A stretch of 64,000 bases of DNA from Hyphomicrobiales bacterium (GTDB lineage: Bacteria > Pseudomonadota > Alphaproteobacteria > Rhizobiales > Beijerinckiaceae): the NCBI GenBank assembly GCA_028290405.1, contig JAQGJX010000089.1, positions 12 through 64,011 on the forward strand, written 5' to 3'. Of this stretch, positions 58,706 to 64,000 are shown piece after piece. Below the pieces are notes generated by a model, which was not told where the DNA came from, searched no databases, and saw only the letters and a list, made by a program, of their open reading frames with translations. Numbering within the stretch: position 1 is the stretch's first letter; every line of letters starts with the position of its first letter. The position numbers and the translations under genes were made by a program.

Positions 58706-59125
58706 ATGGCTCTCAAGGGCAGCAAGACCGAAGACAATCTGAAGGAAGCGTTTGCGGGCGAGTCGCAGGCCAATCGCCGCTACCTGTATTTCGCCCAGAA
58801 GGCTGACGTCGAAGGCTTCAACGACGTCGCCTCCGTGTTTCGCTCCACCGCCGAAGGCGAGACCGGCCATGCGCACGGCCACCTCGAGTATCTCGAAGAG
58901 TGCGGCGATCCGGCCACCGGCCTGCCCATGGGCAAGACGGACCTGAACCTGCAGTCGGCCATCGCGGGCGAAACCCACGAGTACACCGACATGTATCCCG
59001 GCATGGCCCGCACGGCTCGCGAAGAGGGCTTCGACGAGATCGGCGACTGGTTCGAAACGCTGGCGAAAGCCGAGCGTTCGCACGCCGGCCGCTTCCAGCG
59101 CGCCCTGAACGAGATGGCCAGCTAA
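58706..59125 (+). CDS. rbr: Rubrerythrin (short, lacking the rubredoxin domain)
   Basis: [30 protein letters not shown] and AERSHA di-iron motifs; no C-terminal CxxC. Confidence 0.93.
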   Translation: MALKGSKTEDNLKEAFAGESQANRRYLYFAQKADVEGFNDVASVFRSTAEGETGHAHGHLEYLEECGDPATGLPMGKTDLNLQSAIAGETHEYTDMYPGMARTAREEGFDEIGDWFETLAKAERSHAGRFQRALNEMAS

Positions 59126-59234
59126 GCGGCCCATTGGTTGCAATTCTGGCCGGCCGGGGCGTCAAGCTCCGGCCGCGCCTGCTTCAAGCCAGGGCCCATC
59201 CGCGCGCCGATGGCGGCAAGGAACAGAGGACAGC

Positions 59235-60578
59235 ATGAGAGAGGGTAGTCTTGAAGCTCCGATCCGGCATCCGCTGGACTGGCACAACCCCGATTTCTAT
59301 GACGAGGCGAAGCTCGACGCCGAGATGCATCGCGTCTTCGACATCTGTCACGGCTGCCGCCGCTGCTTCAACCTGTGCGACTCGTTCCCGCAATTGTTCG
59401 ACCTCATCGACGAGTCGAAGACCGGCGAGCTCGACAGCGTCGACAGCAAGGATTTCAAGCCCGTCGTGGACGCGTGCACGCTTTGCGACATGTGCTTCAT
59501 GACCAAGTGCCCCTACGTGCCCCCGCACGAGTTCGGGCTCGACTTTCCGCACCTGATGCTGCGCTACCGCGCCGTCGAGGCGAAGAAGGGCGAGACCACG
59601 TTCATCGACGGGCAACTGGCGCAGACAGACCGCAACGGCATGATCGCCGGGGTCGTCGCGCCGCTCGCCAACTGGGCGTCGAGCACGAAGAACAAGTTCA
59701 CCCGCGGCGTGCTGGAGAAGGTGGCGGATCTCGATCCGCGCGCCGAGCTGCCCGAATACGCCCGCACGCCGCTGACCAGCCAGGCGAAGGCCACGACGCC
59801 GGAAGTGAACCGCGAGGCGCCGGGGTTCGGCCGCAAGGCGGTGATCTACGCCACGTGCTTCAACAACTACAACGACCCGTCCGTGGGCCTTGCGGCGCGC
59901 GCGGTGCTGGCCCGCAACGGGGTCGAGACCGAAGTGGTGCATCCCCATTGCTGCGGCATGCCGATGCTGGAGCAGGGCAAGCTCGAGGAAGTCGCCAAGG
60001 CCGCCAAGACCGTGGCGGACGCGCTCGTGCCGTGGATCGAGAAGGGCTACGACGTCATCGCCCTCGTGCCCTCGTGCTCGCTGATGATGAAGTTCGAATG
60101 GCCGCTGATCGTCACCGACGACAAGAACGTGAAGACGCTGGCGCAGAACACGTTCGACATCAGCGAATACATCGTGGACATCGCCAAGAAGAACGGCCTC
60201 GCGCCGGGCATGACGCCCGTGCCGGGCGGCGTCTCGCTGCACATCGCGTGTCACTCGCGCGCGCAGAACATGGGCCAGAAGGCCACGGAGATGTTGAAGC
60301 TGCTGCCTGAGGCTGACGTGCACGTGGTCGAGCGTTGCTCGGGCCACGGCGGCGCCTGGGGCTTCAAGAAAGGCAATTTCGACCTCGCCATGAAGGTGGG
60401 CCGACCGGTGGCGAAAGCCACGCGCGACGCCGGCAAGGCCTATGTCACGTCCGAGTGCCCGCTGGCTGGCGTGCACATCGCCCAGGGCATGGACGCGCAG
60501 AAGAGCGACAAGCCGAAACCTGCGCTCGTGAAGCATCCGATCCAGATCTTCGCGCGTAGCTACGGCATCGAAGTCTGA
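59235..60578 (+). CDS. Fe-S oxidoreductase (GlpC/HdrD-like, CCG domains)
   Basis: CHGCRRCFNLC, CTLCDMCFMTKC, HCCGMP and CSGHGG. Confidence 0.9.
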   Translation: MREGSLEAPIRHPLDWHNPDFYDEAKLDAEMHRVFDICHGCRRCFNLCDSFPQLFDLIDESKTGELDSVDSKDFKPVVDACTLCDMCFMTKCPYVPPHEFGLDFPHLMLRYRAVEAKKGETTFIDGQLAQTDRNGMIAGVVAPLANWASSTKNKFTRGVLEKVADLDPRAELPEYARTPLTSQAKATTPEVNREAPGFGRKAVIYATCFNNYNDPSVGLAARAVLARNGVETEVVHPHCCGMPMLEQGKLEEVAKAAKTVADALVPWIEKGYDVIALVPSCSLMMKFEWPLIVTDDKNVKTLAQNTFDISEYIVDIAKKNGLAPGMTPVPGGVSLHIACHSRAQNMGQKATEMLKLLPEADVHVVERCSGHGGAWGFKKGNFDLAMKVGRPVAKATRDAGKAYVTSECPLAGVHIAQGMDAQKSDKPKPALVKHPIQIFARSYGIEV

Positions 60579-60621
60579 AATGCGCGTGAGCGCTTTTCGC
60601 AAGCCAGAGAACGGGAATACG

Positions 60622-61215
60622 ATGATGGCCAATCGACACGAGATCACCGCTGCCGACATCATGCCGCTTCCGGACTACATGAAGGTGCGCAACGAAACGC
60701 GCAAGAAAATGGCCGCCCTGAAGCGCGATCGCCGCGTGGACGTGGGCCCGCACATCACGTTCTACTTCGAAAGCTGGGACACGATGTGGATGCAGGTGCA
60801 GGAAATGCTCTACATCGAAAAGGGCGGCGAAGAGCAGATGCACGACGAACTGGCGGCCTATAATCCGCTGGTGCCCAAGGGTCGCGAGCTCTGCGCCACG
60901 TTCATGATCGAGATCGACGATCCCGATCGCCGCAAGCGCATCCTGGGCCGCCTTGGCGGCATCGAGGAAACGACGTTCATGACCGTGAACGGCGAGCGCA
61001 TCGCCGGGCAGGCGGAAGAGGACACCGACCGCACGAGCGCGGAAGGCAAGGCCTCGTCGGTGCAGTTCGTGCACTACAACTTCACGCCTGCGCAGATCGC
61101 AGCCTTCAAGACGCCGGGCGCCCAGGTCGTGGTGGGCGTGTCGCACGAAAACTACAACCACATGTCCGTGCTGCCGGACAACGTGCGCGCCGCGCTGGCG
61201 GCGGATTTCGACTAG
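60622..61215 (+). CDS. DUF3501 family protein
   Basis: FYFES..T.W.QVQEMLYIEKGG, ELAAYNPLVP..ELCATFMIE and ASSVQFV; third gene of the rubrerythrin cluster. Confidence 0.88.
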   Translation: MMANRHEITAADIMPLPDYMKVRNETRKKMAALKRDRRVDVGPHITFYFESWDTMWMQVQEMLYIEKGGEEQMHDELAAYNPLVPKGRELCATFMIEIDDPDRRKRILGRLGGIEETTFMTVNGERIAGQAEEDTDRTSAEGKASSVQFVHYNFTPAQIAAFKTPGAQVVVGVSHENYNHMSVLPDNVRAALAADFD

Positions 61216-61276
61216 CTCGACTCAAGGGCGCTCCTTCCCCGGTAAGGCGCGCCGTCCTGGCCGCTAAGGCGATCAT

Positions 61277-61335
61277 CCACGGCAGGCCACGCGCTTCATG
61301 GCCTGCCGTGGGTCCCGGCCTTGGCCGGGATGACG
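61277..61335. repeat. CGTC-tagged REP-like element with an adjacent 13-bp hairpin
   Basis: Minus strand CGTCA-TCCCGGCC-AA-GGCCGGGA-CCCA plus ccacggcaggcca-N9-tggcctgccgtgg, between convergent genes. Confidence 0.75.
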
Positions 61336-61365
61336 CTCCGTATCGTTGAGTTTCGCGAACCCCTC

Positions 61366-62280
61366 TCACCGCTTCCCCACCCCGCGCGCCGCCCCGGCCC
61401 CCAGGGCGAACGCCGAGTACAGCACAACGCCCAGCAGCGCGGGCGTGGACCAGTCGATCTTCGGGTCCACCAGTTCCAACGCGAACACCGCCACCGGCCC
61501 AAGGGCGCGCAGGACCTGCGCGGTGAGCGCGGGGGTGAGCGAGATGCCGACCTGGAGCGCGTAGAGCGGCAGCGCGATCAGCGGGGCGGCGACCAGCGCC
61601 AGCCACGCCCAATCCCAGGGGCCAGCGAGTCCGGTCGCCCGGCCGCCGCTCAGCGCCCCGAGGGCCATGGCGACGATCAGCAGGTAGCGCACGGCCGTCA
61701 CTGCGTTGGCGCTGAGCCCCAGATCGTTCAGCCGTTTCGCAAGCAGGTGGCTGAGCGTGATGGAGACCCCGCTGACGATCAGCGCGCAAAGGCCGAAGAC
61801 GGCGTCGCCCACCGTGAAGTCGAGACGCCCCGAGCGCCCGTCCAGCACTACCAACCACAGGAAACCCAGCGTAGCCGCAAGCCCTGCGTAACAGAGGCTT
61901 TCCACCCGGTTCCAGTTCTGCGGACCAGCGATCTTGAAGCCCGCGAGCCCCAGCGCGACCACCGTGAGCGGCCCAAGGCCGCTGTGCAGCGCGTTCACCA
62001 CGGAAGGCTGGATGGCTTTCAGGCCGAAGAAATACGACGTCCACGCCAGCGCGGTCGTCACGTTCATGGCCGCCACCACGCGCCAGTGCTGGCGCAGCCG
62101 CGCCATGCCGGCCCGGTCGCGCCAGAGGCCCAACGCGCCGAACGCCAGCGCCATGGGCAGGAAGGCGGCCACGATCGTGGCGAACACGTCCACGCTGCGG
62201 AAGACGTGCGCGAGGTAGACGTCGCGCAGCGCTTGCGAGACCACGAAGGCGAGGATGAGGCCGGGGCCGAGGAGGGACAT
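61366..62280 (-). CDS. DMT/EamA-like membrane protein
   Basis: About 10 hydrophobic helices and NVTTALAWTSYFFGLKAIQPSVVN; start MSLLGP at 62280. Confidence 0.7.
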   Translation of the reverse strand: MSLLGPGLILAFVVSQALRDVYLAHVFRSVDVFATIVAAFLPMALAFGALGLWRDRAGMARLRQHWRVVAAMNVTTALAWTSYFFGLKAIQPSVVNALHSGLGPLTVVALGLAGFKIAGPQNWNRVESLCYAGLAATLGFLWLVVLDGRSGRLDFTVGDAVFGLCALIVSGVSITLSHLLAKRLNDLGLSANAVTAVRYLLIVAMALGALSGGRATGLAGPWDWAWLALVAAPLIALPLYALQVGISLTPALTAQVLRALGPVAVFALELVDPKIDWSTPALLGVVLYSAFALGAGAARGVGKR

Positions 62281-62398
62281 GGGTTTTCCTGCGAGTCGCG
62301 GGCACTTTGGCCCCCGCGCCCGCGGCCCGCCACCCGTTTTCGCGCGCCGCGCCCATGCTGCACTTGCGCTGCGCGTCCGGAACCCCCAGAACATCCCC

Positions 62399-64000
62399 AT
62401 GCTGAATATCGACGACCTCACGTATCGGCTCGGGCCGCGGCTGCTCTTTGACCGCGCCAGCGCCTCCATCCCCATCGGGGCCAAGATCGGCTTCGTCGGC
62501 CGCAACGGCGCGGGCAAGACGACGCTGTTTCGTCTGGTCGCGGGGGAGATTTCGCCCGAGGGCGGCGGCGTGTCCTATCCCAAGGCGGCGCGAATCGGCC
62601 GCGTGGAGCAGGAGGCGCCCGGGGGGCCCGGCAGCCTCATCGACTTCGTGCTGCTGGCGGACGTGGAGCGCGCGGCGCTGATGGAGGAGGCCGAGACGGC
62701 CACCGACCCGACCCGCATCGCCGACATCCAGATCCGCCTCGCCGACATCGACGCCCATTCCGCGCCGGCGCGGGCGGGCACGATCCTGTCCGGCCTCGGC
62801 TTCGACCATGAGGCGCAGCAGCGCGCGCTGAGCGAATTTTCCGGCGGCTGGCGCATGCGAGTCGCCCTCGCGGCCGTGCTCTTCTCCAAGCCCGACCTGC
62901 TGCTGCTCGACGAGCCCACCAACTACCTCGACCTTGAGGGCACGCTCTGGCTGATCGACTATCTGGCGAAATACCCAGCCACCATCGTGGTCATCAGCCA
63001 CGATCGCGACATGCTTGACGACGTGGCCGATCACATCCTGCATCTGGACCAGGCGAAGCTGACGCTCTGGAAAGGCAATTACACGAGCTTCGAAAAGCAG
63101 CGCCGCGAGCAGATGGCGATCCGCATGAAGCACGTGAAGAAGCAGGAGACGCAGCGCGACCATCTGCAGGCGTTCGTCGACCGCTTCCGCGCCAAGGCCA
63201 GCAAGGCCCGGCAGGCCCAGTCGCGCCTGCGCATGCTGGAAAAGATGGAGCCCATCGAGGCCATCGTCGACACCGACGTGCAGCCCTTCAACTTTCCCTC
63301 GCCCGCCAAGCCCCTGGCGCCGCCCATCGTGGCCATGGAGGGCGTGAGCGTGGGATATGACGGCCGCACGGTGCTGTCCCGCCTGTCGCTGAACATCTCC
63401 AACGACGACCGCATCGGCCTGCTGGGCTCCAACGGCAACGGCAAGTCCACCTTCGCCAAGCTGGTGGCGGGCCGGCTGGATCCCATGGGCGGCGAGCTGC
63501 GGCGTTCCTCGCGCATGGAGGTCGGCTTCTTCGCGCAGCACCAGATCGACGATCTCGACGTGCGCGGCACGCCCTATTCCCATGTGGCCGAACTCATGCC
63601 CGATGGCACGCAAGCGAAGATCCGCGGCCGCTGCGCGCAGATCGGCTTTCCCAACGTGAAGGCGGACACGCGCATCGACCTCCTCTCGGGCGGCGAGAAG
63701 GCGCGCCTGCTGATGGGGCTCGCGACGTTCGGCGGTCCGCACCTCATCATCATGGACGAGCCCACGAACCATCTCGACATCGACAGCCGCGCAGCGCTGA
63801 TCGACGCCATCAACAGCTACGACGGCGCCATCATCCTCGTCTCGCACGACAGGCATCTGCTGGAGGCGTGCGCCGACCGGCTATGGCTGGTGGGCAACGG
63901 GACGGTGACGGATTTCGACGGCGACATGGACGACTACCGCCGCCTGATTCTGGATTCCAACAGCGGCAAGGATCGCAAGCCGCGCAAGAACAAGGGCGCC
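62399..64000 (+). CDS. ABC-F family ATPase (YheS-like), truncated by the window end
   Basis: Manual translation MLNIDDLTYRLGPRLLF..GRNGAGKTT, FSGGWRMR, LLLDEPTNYLD, GSNGNGKST and LSGGEKAR; no TM segments. Confidence 0.93.
   Translation, partial: MLNIDDLTYRLGPRLLFDRASASIPIGAKIGFVGRNGAGKTTLFRLVAGEISPEGGGVSYPKAARIGRVEQEAPGGPGSLIDFVLLADVERAALMEEAETATDPTRIADIQIRLADIDAHSAPARAGTILSGLGFDHEAQQRALSEFSGGWRMRVALAAVLFSKPDLLLLDEPTNYLDLEGTLWLIDYLAKYPATIVVISHDRDMLDDVADHILHLDQAKLTLWKGNYTSFEKQRREQMAIRMKHVKKQETQRDHLQAFVDRFRAKASKARQAQSRLRMLEKMEPIEAIVDTDVQPFNFPSPAKPLAPPIVAMEGVSVGYDGRTVLSRLSLNISNDDRIGLLGSNGNGKSTFAKLVAGRLDPMGGELRRSSRMEVGFFAQHQIDDLDVRGTPYSHVAELMPDGTQAKIRGRCAQIGFPNVKADTRIDLLSGGEKARLLMGLATFGGPHLIIMDEPTNHLDIDSRAALIDAINSYDGAIILVSHDRHLLEACADRLWLVGNGTVTDFDGDMDDYRRLILDSNSGKDRKPRKNKGA

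Noticed and set aside
61106-63856. 916-aa minus-strand ORF
   Set aside because: Antisense shadow of the ABC-F gene; the plus-strand frame carries all the ABC motifs.

Overview
High-GC (roughly 68-70% by eye) chromosomal core region of an alphaproteobacterium of the order Hyphomicrobiales (Rhizobiales), inferred from gene order and regulatory motifs. It holds conserved housekeeping blocks: degQ-rarA-crcB-rluC-HAD-ATP12; lipB/tRNA-Leu/mgtE; rpsF-rpsR-DUF2232-rplI-dnaB-alr-radA-cvpA-purF; fabD-fabG-acpP-fabF-mltG-yicC-gmk; lptF-lptG-lptD-surA-pdxA-rsmA; pepA-holC; ndk; and an oxyR plus rubrerythrin/Fe-S oxidoreductase/DUF3501 module. I found no prophage, IS, integrase or CRISPR array. The interesting signal is mostly regulatory or lies in single genes inserted into conserved operons: (1) a 70-aa ORF with a perfect LexA box directly upstream of radA; (2) two perfect tandem LexA boxes between convergent genes, with no gene start to control, next to a general-stress islet carrying two perfect sigma-EcfG promoters; (3) an orphan ParA with a KPAA-type repeat tail behind phased CtrA-like half-sites and GANTC sites; (4) a four-repeat OxyR operator plus a FixK/FNR box ahead of the rubrerythrin operon; (5) a candidate anti-Shine-Dalgarno sRNA; (6) a rare-codon segment in the lptG 3' end containing a consensus promoter; (7) a lone phage-like DUF3102-type gene between gmk and rsmA. 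All motif and family calls were made by eye, without database searches.
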